Source of the DNA: Candidatus Sericytochromatia bacterium
GTDB lineage: Bacteria > Cyanobacteriota > Sericytochromatia > S15B-MN24 > JAQBPE01
Direction of reading: 5' to 3'
DNA length: 16,875 nt
NCBI GenBank assembly: GCA_035285125.1
Contig: JAYKHR010000114.1
Span: forward strand, 1-16,875
The notes beneath the pieces were generated by a model. It worked only from the letters and a program-made list of their open reading frames with translations. It made no database searches and was not told the origin of the DNA. Each line of letters starts with the position of its first letter. The stretch's first letter is position 1. The position numbers and the translations under genes are program-made. Positions 8,727-16,476 of the stretch are shown in pieces.

Positions 8727-10493
8727 ATGCGTCGTCTTGGCCTCGGCGTCGTCGTGCTTGCCGCGCTTTCAGCCTGTGGCGCACCGCCGCAACGGCCCGT
8801 CGTGGGCACCTTCGCGTTCGACGATGGCGCCGCGCTGGCCCCTGACGCGCCGGGCGCCGACACGCTGGGCGGGCGCCTTTCGTACAACTTGCTCGCTGTT
8901 CAGCGCGGTGGTGACCTCATCGTGCGCTACAAGAAGGGGGCGCGCCCACCCGCGGGGGCCCGGCTCACGCGGCTGGCGAACACCGTGACCCTGGCTTCCC
9001 GCGACAGGCAGGCCGACATCCGGCGGCTGGCGGCGGATCGCAACGTCGAGTTCGTCGAGCCGGACATGCCCGTCACGGCGCTTTACACCCCCAACGACCC
9101 CGATCTGGCGGTGCAGTGGGGGTTGGCGAAGATCGCGGCTCCGGCGGCGTGGGACACCTCGAAGGGAGAGGGGGGCCCGATCATCGCCGTGATCGACACG
9201 GGCGTGAATGCGACGCACCCGGACCTCGTGGGGCAGGTCCTCCCGGGCAAGGACTTCGTCAACAACGACAACGACGCCAACGACGACAACGGCCATGGCA
9301 CGCACGTCGCCGGCACCGCCGCGGCGGCTGGAGACAACCGGGCCGGGGCGGCAGGCGTGGCTTTCCAGGCCAAGGTGCTCCCCGTCAAGGTGCTGGGGGC
9401 GACGGGCCTCGGCTTCACCTCGGGCATCGTGAACGGCATCAACTACGCCGTCGCTCAGAAGGCGAAGGTCATCAACCTCAGCCTCGGGTCGACCTTCGAG
9501 TCCGTCGCGATGCGGCAGGCCGTCGCCGAGGCCGTCGCGGCCGGCGTCGTGGTGGTGGCGGCGGCAGGCAACAACAACGTCCAGACTCGCTTCTTCCCCG
9601 CCGGGTTCCCCCACGTGATCGCCGTGGGAGCCTCCACGCAAACGGACACGAGGGCGGCGTTCTCCAACCACGGTGACTGGGTAACGATCGCTGCCCCGGG
9701 CCAGGCCATCTACGCGCCTTACAAGACTTCCTACGGCCGCCTCAGCGGCACCAGCATGGCCGCCCCGCACGTGGCGGGGGCCGCTGCGCTCGTGATGGCA
9801 GCCCGACCCAGCTGGACCAACGGCCAGGTGAAGCAGGCCCTCGAGGCCACGGGAGACGCCGTAACCGGCTTCGAGGCCAACCCCGCCCTGAAGCGGCTCA
9901 ACGTTGCCAGCGCGATGGCCTTCATGCCCTCGTCAGCGCCCTCCGTCGCCCCGACGACGGGCGCCTCGCAGGCTCCTTCGGCCGCGCCGACGGCCACTCC
10001 GGCCTCTCCCGTGCCCACGGCCTCGCCCACGGCGACGCAGCCCCCGGCACCGGCCCCGACGCCCACGCCAGCTCCCACGGCCACGCCCACGCCTCGGCCC
10101 ACGGCCACGCCCACCCCGGCCCCGACGCCCACGCCACGGCCCACGCCCACGCCGACCCCAGTGCCGACGCCCACGCCCACCCCGGCCCCGACGCCCACGC
10201 CACGGCCCACGGCGACGCCCCGCCTCGACACCCTGCGCGTGGTGGGCGTGGTGGAGCGCAAGACCTCCCTGACCATCGTGTGGACCAGCAACCGCATCTC
10301 CACCGGGGTGCTGGAGCTCGGGACGTCGGTCTACACGATGCGAGTCGTCGCGCGGAGCAACCGGTCAGGGCTGGTGCACAACCTGACGGCCAGCAACCTC
10401 TCCCGCGGGACGACTTACTACTTGCGCGTGCGCAACCTTGTGTCGGGCAGCGACTACGCGGTCTCTGAACCCGTGCGGGCCACGACGCGCTGA
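8727..10493 (+). CDS. Lipoprotein S8 subtilase #2 with (Pro-Thr)n stalk and FN3-like domain (588 aa; start revised to ATG 8727)
   Basis: GGAGG 8 nt before the ATG; MRRLGLGVVVLAALSAC lipobox; YTPNDP; IAVIDTG, HGTHVAG, SGTSMAAPHV; C-terminal SLTIVWTS...HNLTASNLSRGTTYYLRV. Confidence 0.93.
   Translation: MRRLGLGVVVLAALSACGAPPQRPVVGTFAFDDGAALAPDAPGADTLGGRLSYNLLAVQRGGDLIVRYKKGARPPAGARLTRLANTVTLASRDRQADIRRLAADRNVEFVEPDMPVTALYTPNDPDLAVQWGLAKIAAPAAWDTSKGEGGPIIAVIDTGVNATHPDLVGQVLPGKDFVNNDNDANDDNGHGTHVAGTAAAAGDNRAGAAGVAFQAKVLPVKVLGATGLGFTSGIVNGINYAVAQKAKVINLSLGSTFESVAMRQAVAEAVAAGVVVVAAAGNNNVQTRFFPAGFPHVIAVGASTQTDTRAAFSNHGDWVTIAAPGQAIYAPYKTSYGRLSGTSMAAPHVAGAAALVMAARPSWTNGQVKQALEATGDAVTGFEANPALKRLNVASAMAFMPSSAPSVAPTTGASQAPSAAPTATPASPVPTASPTATQPPAPAPTPTPAPTATPTPRPTATPTPAPTPTPRPTPTPTPVPTPTPTPAPTPTPRPTATPRLDTLRVVGVVERKTSLTIVWTSNRISTGVLELGTSVYTMRVVARSNRSGLVHNLTASNLSRGTTYYLRVRNLVSGSDYAVSEPVRATTR
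10045..10221 (+). repeat. Low-complexity Pro-Thr coding repeat (ACGCCC-type hexamers) including a 41-bp exact duplication
   Basis: Encodes PAPAPTPTPAPTATPTPRPTATPTP...; 10105-10145 is identical to 10171-10211. Confidence 0.85.
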
Positions 10494-10580
10494 GGGCGCC
10501 TGCGACGGGCCTCAATCCTTGCCCGCCGGGGTATAAAAACCTGGCAGGGGAGCTGAGGCAGGCGCGCGGGAGGCCTGGGA

Positions 10581-12452
10581 ATGAGACCTTCGGTCGGGGT
10601 GCTGCTAGCCCTTGTGGGCCTGTCGGCGGCCTGCACCCAGCCTGATGACCGCTCTGTCCCTGGCGTGCCCCTGCTCAAGCTGGACGTCGCCAGCGACCTC
10701 GGGCCCGCGCAGCCCGGCGCGGAGACGCTGGGGGGGCGCCTGCACTACAACCTCAACGCCGTCACGCCCGTGGGCGGCCTCGTGGTGCGGTACAAGGCCG
10801 GCCTCACGCCTGCGGAGGGTGGCACTGCCTCGCGCCTCTCCCGCGCCCGCGTGCTGGCCTCCACCAACAGGCCCGTCGACATCCTGCGGCTGATCGACGA
10901 CGCGCGGGTCGAGTATGTGGAGCCGGACGTCGCGATCCCAGCGCTGGCCAGCCCCAACGACCCCGACCTGCCCAAGGCCTGGGGCCTGGGCGCCATCCGG
11001 GCGCTGGGGGCCTGGGGCCGCTCCACGGGGCAGGGTGGGCCGCTGGTGGCCGTGCTCGACACGGGCGTCGACGGGCAGCACCCGGACCTCGCGGGGCAAC
11101 TCGAGGCCGGGTTCGACACCTTCAACGGCGACGCGGACGCGACGGACGACCACGGGCACGGCACGCACGTGGCGGGGATTGTCGCAGCGGCGGGCGACAA
11201 CGGCATCGGCGCCGCCGGCGTGGCCTACGGCGCGCGCATCCTGCCCGTGAAGGTGCTAGGGGCCAACGGCATCGGGCGAGTTTCGTCGGTGGTGGATGGC
11301 ATCGCCTTCGCCGTCGAGCGCGGCGCGCGCGTGGTGAACCTCAGCCTCGGGGGCTCGTTCGAGTCCCGGGCCCTGCGCGACGCCGTGGCTGAGGCCGTGG
11401 CGGCCAACGTCTTGGTGGTGGCCGCGGCCGGCAACGCGGGCAACACCCTGCCCGTCTACCCGGCGGCCTTCCCGGGCGTGGTGGCCGTGGGGGCCGCGGC
11501 GGTGGCGGGCGGGCGGGCAGGCTTCTCCAACCACGGCGCCTGGGTAACCATCGCGGCCCCCGGGGAGCGCATCTACGCGACCTCCTGGGCCCGTGCCCGG
11601 CCGTCGGGCTACGCGCCCTACACCACCATGAGCGGCACGAGCATGGCAGCGCCCCACGTGGCGGGGGCCGCCGCGGTGGTGTGGGCCCTGAACCCGACGT
11701 GGGGCCAGGCGCAGGTGAAGCAACGCCTTGAGAGCACCGGCGACCCGACCCGAGGCTTCGAGAGCAACCCGGCCGTGCGGCACCTCAACCTGGCTGCGGC
11801 CCTCGGCGCAGGCCCGGAGCCTGCCCCCGCCTCGCCTGCCGGCACACCGGGGCCCGACACCCCCTCGGCCACGCCCACCGCGAGCGCAAGCCTGGGGCCC
11901 AGCCCCGCCGGGACGGGCAGCCTGGCGCCGAGCCCGACGCCCTTCCCCTCCGGCACCCTGGGCCCCCTGCCGTCGCCCACGCCGACCCCCGTGCCGCGCC
12001 CCACGGCGACGCCCACGCCTCCGCCCGTGCTGCCGCCCACGCCCACGCCCCGCCCGGCGGCCACGCCGACCCCGACGCCCGTTCCCACGCCCACGCCGAC
12101 CCCCACGCCCCCGCCGGAGCCGCCGGCTCAGGCCTGCCTGCCGATCTCGGCCTGGACCCCGCCCCCCACCACGCAGGCCTTTGACCTGTCCGGGGTGGAT
12201 GTCGTGACCGACGCGACCACCATCACCGTGACCTGGAGCAGCAGCGTGCCGTCAGTGGGTACGCCGATGTTCGGACCCTGCGTCGAGCGCCTGGTGATGC
12301 ACCCCGACGAGGGCGACCTCAAGCTCGTGCATGAGCGCGTGTTCACGGGCCTCACGCCCGGCACCACCTACATCGTGTACCTCAAGAACAACGCCATCAC
12401 CGGCGAGCAGGCCTGGCTGGAGCCCTTCGAGGCCAGGACGGCTGCCTTCTGA
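10581..12452 (+). CDS. Lipoprotein S8 subtilase #3 with Pro/Thr stalk and FN3-like domain (623 aa)
   Basis: GGGAGG RBS 10568-10573; MRPSVGVLLALVGLSAAC lipobox; SPNDP; VAVLDTG, HGTHVAG, SGTSMAAPHV; C-terminal TITVTWSS...HERVFTGLTPGTTYIVYL. Confidence 0.93.
   Translation: MRPSVGVLLALVGLSAACTQPDDRSVPGVPLLKLDVASDLGPAQPGAETLGGRLHYNLNAVTPVGGLVVRYKAGLTPAEGGTASRLSRARVLASTNRPVDILRLIDDARVEYVEPDVAIPALASPNDPDLPKAWGLGAIRALGAWGRSTGQGGPLVAVLDTGVDGQHPDLAGQLEAGFDTFNGDADATDDHGHGTHVAGIVAAAGDNGIGAAGVAYGARILPVKVLGANGIGRVSSVVDGIAFAVERGARVVNLSLGGSFESRALRDAVAEAVAANVLVVAAAGNAGNTLPVYPAAFPGVVAVGAAAVAGGRAGFSNHGAWVTIAAPGERIYATSWARARPSGYAPYTTMSGTSMAAPHVAGAAAVVWALNPTWGQAQVKQRLESTGDPTRGFESNPAVRHLNLAAALGAGPEPAPASPAGTPGPDTPSATPTASASLGPSPAGTGSLAPSPTPFPSGTLGPLPSPTPTPVPRPTATPTPPPVLPPTPTPRPAATPTPTPVPTPTPTPTPPPEPPAQACLPISAWTPPPTTQAFDLSGVDVVTDATTITVTWSSSVPSVGTPMFGPCVERLVMHPDEGDLKLVHERVFTGLTPGTTYIVYLKNNAITGEQAWLEPFEARTAAF
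11970..12115 (+). repeat. Low-complexity Pro-Thr coding repeat in the subtilase #3 stalk
   Basis: Encodes PSPTPTPVPRPTATPTPPPVLPPTPTPRPAATPTPTPVPTPTPTPTPP; boundaries approximate. Confidence 0.8.
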
Positions 12453-12458
12453 TAGCCA

Positions 12459-12505
12459 GAGGGCCCCGCGCGGCTGCAAGGGGCCCTCCGAGCCTCGCCC
12501 GAGGC
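12459..12505. terminator. GC-rich hairpins between convergent subtilases #3 and #4, candidate bidirectional terminator
   Basis: GAGGGCCCC (12459-12467) pairs with GGGGCCCTC (12480-12488); second small stem GCCTC/GAGGC at 12492-12505. No U-tract on either strand. Confidence 0.5.
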
Positions 12506-12507
12506 GC

Positions 12508-13728
12508 TCAGCGCAGCGCCTTCGCGGCGTTGATGCGGCCGTGGCCGAAGTACTTGTCGAAACCGGCCTGACCCTTGTCGTCGGCCGAGGCCTCCAGCTG
12601 CTGGCGGAGCTGCTGGGCCGTCCACGTCGGGTGCGCGGCCTTCACCAGCGCCGCCAGCCCGGAGACGTGGGGCGTGGCCATCGAGGTGCCCGAGAGCTCC
12701 TCATAGCCGTTGTCGAGGGTCGTGGACAGGATGTCGACGCCCGGGGCCGTCACCGAGATGTGTGCGCCGAAGTTGGTGAAGTTGGGCAGGCGGTCGTCCC
12801 GGTCCACCGCGCCCACCGCGAGCACGCCGGCGCAGGCCGCCGGGTAGCTGGGGGCCTCGTGCCCGTCGTTGCCCATCGCTGCCACCACCAGCACCCCCTT
12901 CGCCTGGGCATACCTCACGGCGTCCTCGACGACCTGCGAGGACCGGGCCCCGCCCAGGCTCATCGAGAGGATGTGGGCGCCCGCGTCCGCGGCGTACACG
13001 ATCCCGTTGGCCACCCCGGCGTAGCTGCCTGAGCCGTCCGCGCCAAGCACCTTCACCGCGATCAGGCTCGCCTCGGGGGCCACGCCCACCACGCCACCAT
13101 TGCCCATGCTCGCGGCCGCCGAACCCGCGCAGTGCGTGCCGTGGAAGTGGTCGTCCATGGCGTCGTCGTTGCCCGAGGCGAAGTCCCGACCCTTGTCGAT
13201 GACCCGGTCAGCCAGGTCCTTGTGGCGGTAGTCGATGCCGGTGTCCACCACCGCGATCTTGGCGCCCTTGCCGCGCGTGACGGCCCAGGCTGCGGGGGCC
13301 TCGATATTCTTCATCCCGTAGAGCTGCGGGAGCAACTCGTCGCCGTTGGAGACGCGGAACCTGGGCACCACGCCGCCGAGGCGCCGTGCAGGGACGCGCA
13401 TGACGTGGTTCGGCTCGGCATAGGCCACGTTGGGGTCGGCCTTGAGGGCCGCGAGGGCGCTGGCCGGGTCGGCCGCCTTCACGACCACGGCATCGACCCG
13501 CTCGACGCGGCTGATGCTGCGCAGGCCAAGCTTCTGCAAGATGGCCTGGCGGGCCGCCGGGGCGCGGAACTTCACGATGAGCTCCCCGGGGCGAGTGGCC
13601 GCTGCCGTCAGCTGGCCGCGGGCAGCCGTGGTGCCAGAGGGGACGGTGTCCCGCCCGCAGCCGGCCAGCGCGATGGACAGCACGGCCGTTGCGACGAGGC
13701 CGAGATGGAGCTTGGTGGAGACGGCCAC
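12508..13728 (-). CDS. Lipoprotein S8 subtilase #4 with I9-like prodomain and no C-terminal extension (406 aa; start revised to GTG 13728)
   Basis: AAGGAGG 6 nt before GTG 13728; (M)AVSTKLHLGLVATAVLSIALAGC lipobox; PGELIVKF...NVAYAEPN prodomain; IAVVDTG, HGTHCAG, SGTSMATPHV; ends FGHGRINAAKALR. Confidence 0.93.
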   Translation of the reverse strand: MAVSTKLHLGLVATAVLSIALAGCGRDTVPSGTTAARGQLTAAATRPGELIVKFRAPAARQAILQKLGLRSISRVERVDAVVVKAADPASALAALKADPNVAYAEPNHVMRVPARRLGGVVPRFRVSNGDELLPQLYGMKNIEAPAAWAVTRGKGAKIAVVDTGIDYRHKDLADRVIDKGRDFASGNDDAMDDHFHGTHCAGSAAASMGNGGVVGVAPEASLIAVKVLGADGSGSYAGVANGIVYAADAGAHILSMSLGGARSSQVVEDAVRYAQAKGVLVVAAMGNDGHEAPSYPAACAGVLAVGAVDRDDRLPNFTNFGAHISVTAPGVDILSTTLDNGYEELSGTSMATPHVSGLAALVKAAHPTWTAQQLRQQLEASADDKGQAGFDKYFGHGRINAAKALR

Positions 13729-13760
13729 GGGAAACCTCCTTGAAGGGGTAGCAGGGGTTA

Positions 13761-13789
13761 AGGATAAGAAATGGTTAATAATGGAGCAA
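13761..13789 (-). promoter_or_regulatory. Putative sigma70-type promoter TTGCTC-N17-TATCCT for subtilase #4
   Basis: Minus strand: -35 at 13784-13789, -10 at 13761-13766, 17-nt spacer, in an AT-rich patch about 30 nt upstream of the GTG. Confidence 0.5.
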
Positions 13790-14065
13790 GCATAGCAAAC
13801 TGCTGCACGCCACTTCAAGCCCCGGCGGGATCAGGTCGTTTTGCCTGAAGGGCTTGATGGGAGGGGCTTTTGGGGGCTGCCGAGGAGGCTTTTCGTTGGT
13901 TAATATTAGATTATTGTTTTGCTGTTCGGGCGCCGGCCACGCTTGCGGCCTCTCGGCGGACGACGGCCGGGCCCGCGGGGCCTGGACATCACGGGAGGCG
14001 GCGTGCTGGGTGGCGTTGCAGCCTCTCAGGGTACAAGGGCCTTGACCTGGTAAAGGAGGGCCCCC

Positions 14066-14638
14066 ATGGCAACCACCGTGGAGCACATCGCGTCGCTGCT
14101 GCGGGAGCGCGACCTGCAGTTCAGCGTCGACACCGGCGGGACCCACCCCCACATCCTCACGGGCTTCGAGACCCAGCACTACCGCAACGAGACGGGCGAC
14201 AACCAGATCGACCTCGTCATCGGCGTCTACGGGGACGGCGAGTTCGTGAAGTTCTTCTGCCCGGCCGCCTTCAAGGCCGGGCCTGAGAACGTCGCTGCCA
14301 GCGCGCTGGCCTGCTGTGTCATCCAGTGGCGCACGCCGCTCATCCAGTTCGAGATCGATCACAGCGACGGCGAGATCCGCCCGGTGGTCGAGCTCCCGCT
14401 CATCGACGCGGCGCTGACGGAGGCCCAGCTCACGTACTGCATCGACACGCTGCTGACGGTCGTCGACCGCTTCGCCGCCGTCATCCGGCACGCGGCGGAG
14501 GCGGGCGAGATCGACTTCAGCCTCTACTTCGGGCCCGAGGACGACGACGTCACGGCCAAGCAGCTGTCGAACCTGCTCTCAGAGTTCACGCCCGCGCAGA
14601 TCGAGCGGGCGTTGAGCCTGTTGGGCCTTCGCGGCTGA
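14066..14638 (+). CDS. YbjN-domain / secretion-chaperone-like protein (190 aa)
   Basis: Strong AAGGAGG RBS; acidic protein; pattern ILTGF...LVIGVYGDGEFVKF...WRTPLIQFEIDHSDGEIRPVVELPLIDAALTEAQL resembles YbjN-domain proteins as I recall them. Confidence 0.65.
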   Translation: MATTVEHIASLLRERDLQFSVDTGGTHPHILTGFETQHYRNETGDNQIDLVIGVYGDGEFVKFFCPAAFKAGPENVAASALACCVIQWRTPLIQFEIDHSDGEIRPVVELPLIDAALTEAQLTYCIDTLLTVVDRFAAVIRHAAEAGEIDFSLYFGPEDDDVTAKQLSNLLSEFTPAQIERALSLLGLRG

Positions 14639-14714
14639 CGGGGTCGGCCGCTGGGACGTTCCCCGCCGACGCGAGGACGCGCCAGCCTGCCAGAGAAAGC
14701 AAGGTTTGCCGTTG

Positions 14715-15389
14715 ATGCTCCGCCTGCCCCAGCCTGGCCTCGCGACCTTGGCGCTCGCGCTCGGGGCGTGCGCCGGGCCCCCGGTGAACCTCGCGACGGC
14801 CCTGTCACCGACGCCGTCGCCGCGGCCCATCACGATCCCATCCCCGATGGCGACGCCGCCTGCCCTGCCCTCAGACGTGCCGCGCGCCGGGGCGTTCTTG
14901 CTGCACGAGGACTTCGAGCGGGGCCTCTCGCGTTGGGTGCCTGAGGGCGGCACGGGCGCGGTGGGCTGGCAGCTGCTCAACGCCACCACCTGTGGCGGCG
15001 AGTGGACGATGCTGCTCGGCCGCGCCGACTGGCGGCTCTTCCAGGGGCTTCGCGGAGAGGCCGTGCTGCGGCTGCGAGCCCCCCTGGACCTGCGTGCGGC
15101 GCGGCGGCCGATCCTGTGGTACGACGTGCGCGGGGAGGCGACGGCCCCGGAGGCGATCGTCCTCCAGCCGGAGGTCAGCCGGGACGGCCAGGCCTGGCAG
15201 CCCGTCGGCAAGGCCGCCGACGGGCGTTACCGGTTCGTGACGAAGCACCATGCCGAGCTGACGGCCCACCGGGGCGCGGAGGTGCAGCTGCGCTTCAGGG
15301 CCGCCTTCGACGTCGGGACGACCGCCACCAAGGGCCTGCTCCTCGACGACATCCAGGTCCTCGAGCCCAGCGAGGTCGACCAGCCCTGA
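14715..15389 (+). CDS. Lipoprotein with single beta-sandwich domain (immune inhibitor A / MAM / cleaved-adhesin-like; 224 aa)
   Basis: LATLALALGAC lipobox, Pro-rich linker, then EDFERG..W, PLDL, VSRDGQAWQ, VQLRFRA, GLLLDDIQV. Start could be TTG 14706 or ATG 14715. Confidence 0.65.
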   Translation: MLRLPQPGLATLALALGACAGPPVNLATALSPTPSPRPITIPSPMATPPALPSDVPRAGAFLLHEDFERGLSRWVPEGGTGAVGWQLLNATTCGGEWTMLLGRADWRLFQGLRGEAVLRLRAPLDLRAARRPILWYDVRGEATAPEAIVLQPEVSRDGQAWQPVGKAADGRYRFVTKHHAELTAHRGAEVQLRFRAAFDVGTTATKGLLLDDIQVLEPSEVDQP

Positions 15390-15402
15390 AGCCAGGCCCG
15401 CC

Positions 15403-16407
15403 TCAGTCGGCCAGCCCGGGAGGCGCCTCGCCGTCGCGGCCGGGCTGGAAGTAGCTCGTCTCCTCGGCCCGGCTCAGCTGGCTGAACCCCGGCGTCGTTC
15501 CAGGCTTGCCGGCGACGTGGTCCCAGGCGTGCATCACCTTGGCGTCGAGCGTGTCGAGCTGGTGCACGAGCAGGGCCTCCAGGGAGGCCGGGCGCACGGG
15601 GCTGCCCCAGTCGAGGCGCCCGTGGTGGGCCGCCAGGATGTGCATCAGGTGGGCGACCTCCAGCTCGTAGCCCGGGAAGGTCTTGCGCTCGGGGAAGCTT
15701 CCAGCGGCCTGGTAGACCCAGGCCGCGCCCAGCACCATGTGCGGCGTGAAGGTGCCGATGGCGGTGTAGCCGAAGCCCGGGTCGTCGATGTCGTACTCGT
15801 AGATCTTGCCCGCGTCATGGAACATCAGGCCGAAGATGACCTTGTCGCGGCTGATGGGCATCTTGAAGAGCGTCTGGTAGTGCGGCACCACGCCGTCGGC
15901 CAGGGTGCAGAGCGAGTGGACGTGCTCGATCAGGCCGCCCACCCAGGCGTTGTGCATCTTGCGCGCGGCGGGGGCCCGCTTGAACGCCTCGGCGAAGCCG
16001 GGGCGCTCCATCAGCTTGCGGGCCACGTGGCGCGTGACGGGCTCGGTCATGGCCTCGACGCGGGCCTCGAGGCCCGCCCACAGGGCCTCGACGTCCAGGT
16101 GGGTGCGGCGCTGGAAGGACACGCGTGGGACGTCCGACGGGCTGACGCCGAGGACCGTGAGCGAGGTGTTGCCCTGGTAGACCTCGGACCGGATGGTGAG
16201 GTCCACGACGGCGCCTGGCTGCAGCAGGTCGAACGCGTGCGCCAGCGAGCCCCAGGCCTTGGCTGCGTGGTCCGTGAGGTCCTGGTCGCGGACCGTGAGC
16301 GTCATGTACGCCCCCCCATTGCGGTCGGTGCGCTGCTCGCGCGCCACCACCAGGAAGGTGCGCGTGGTGGGCTGGTCTGCGCCGCCGCTTCTGGGACGTG
16401 TGGTCAT
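15403..16407 (-). CDS. yhaM: YhaM/Cbf1-like 3'-5' exoribonuclease, OB-fold plus HD domain (334 aa; start revised to ATG 16407)
   Basis: OB fold NGGAYMTLTVRD...AKAW...YQG; PAARKMHNAWVGGLIEH; FHDAGKIYEY; AHHGRLDWGSPVRP..EA..VH.LD.LDAK. GGAGG lies 9 nt before ATG 16407. Confidence 0.82.
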   Translation of the reverse strand: MTTRPRSGGADQPTTRTFLVVAREQRTDRNGGAYMTLTVRDQDLTDHAAKAWGSLAHAFDLLQPGAVVDLTIRSEVYQGNTSLTVLGVSPSDVPRVSFQRRTHLDVEALWAGLEARVEAMTEPVTRHVARKLMERPGFAEAFKRAPAARKMHNAWVGGLIEHVHSLCTLADGVVPHYQTLFKMPISRDKVIFGLMFHDAGKIYEYDIDDPGFGYTAIGTFTPHMVLGAAWVYQAAGSFPERKTFPGYELEVAHLMHILAAHHGRLDWGSPVRPASLEALLVHQLDTLDAKVMHAWDHVAGKPGTTPGFSQLSRAEETSYFQPGRDGEAPPGLAD

Positions 16408-16447
16408 GGCGGCCATCCTCCGTGGGCTTCGGGCCGAGGCGATCGCC

Positions 16448-16476
16448 AGCTTAGCGCACGGCTGGGGGATTGAGAA
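16448..16476 (-). promoter_or_regulatory. Putative sigma70-type promoter TTCTCA-N17-TAAGCT for the yhaM-like gene
   Basis: Minus strand: -35 at 16471-16476, -10 at 16448-16453, exact 17-nt spacer. Confidence 0.45.

Noticed and set aside
9731..10303. Minus-strand (GV)n repeat ORFs (also 11618-12106 and 7905-8327)
   Set aside because: They are simply the reverse-complement reading of the Pro-Thr/Ser stalks.
8047..12115. Periodic repeats considered as a CRISPR array or non-coding repeat array
   Set aside because: Units are contiguous, degenerate, in frame and encode Pro/Thr/Ser linkers; no unique spacers and no cas genes.
13729..13818. Longer start for subtilase #4 at 13818
   Set aside because: AAGGAGG and the lipoprotein signal fit GTG 13728; the extension runs through the promoter region.
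13800..13900. c-di-GMP-I riboswitch, suggested by GGCAAA on the minus strand plus a hairpin
   Set aside because: I could not find the GNRA-capped P2 stem or the GACGCAAAGC junction, and the region lies upstream of the predicted #4 promoter. An Rfam scan would settle it.
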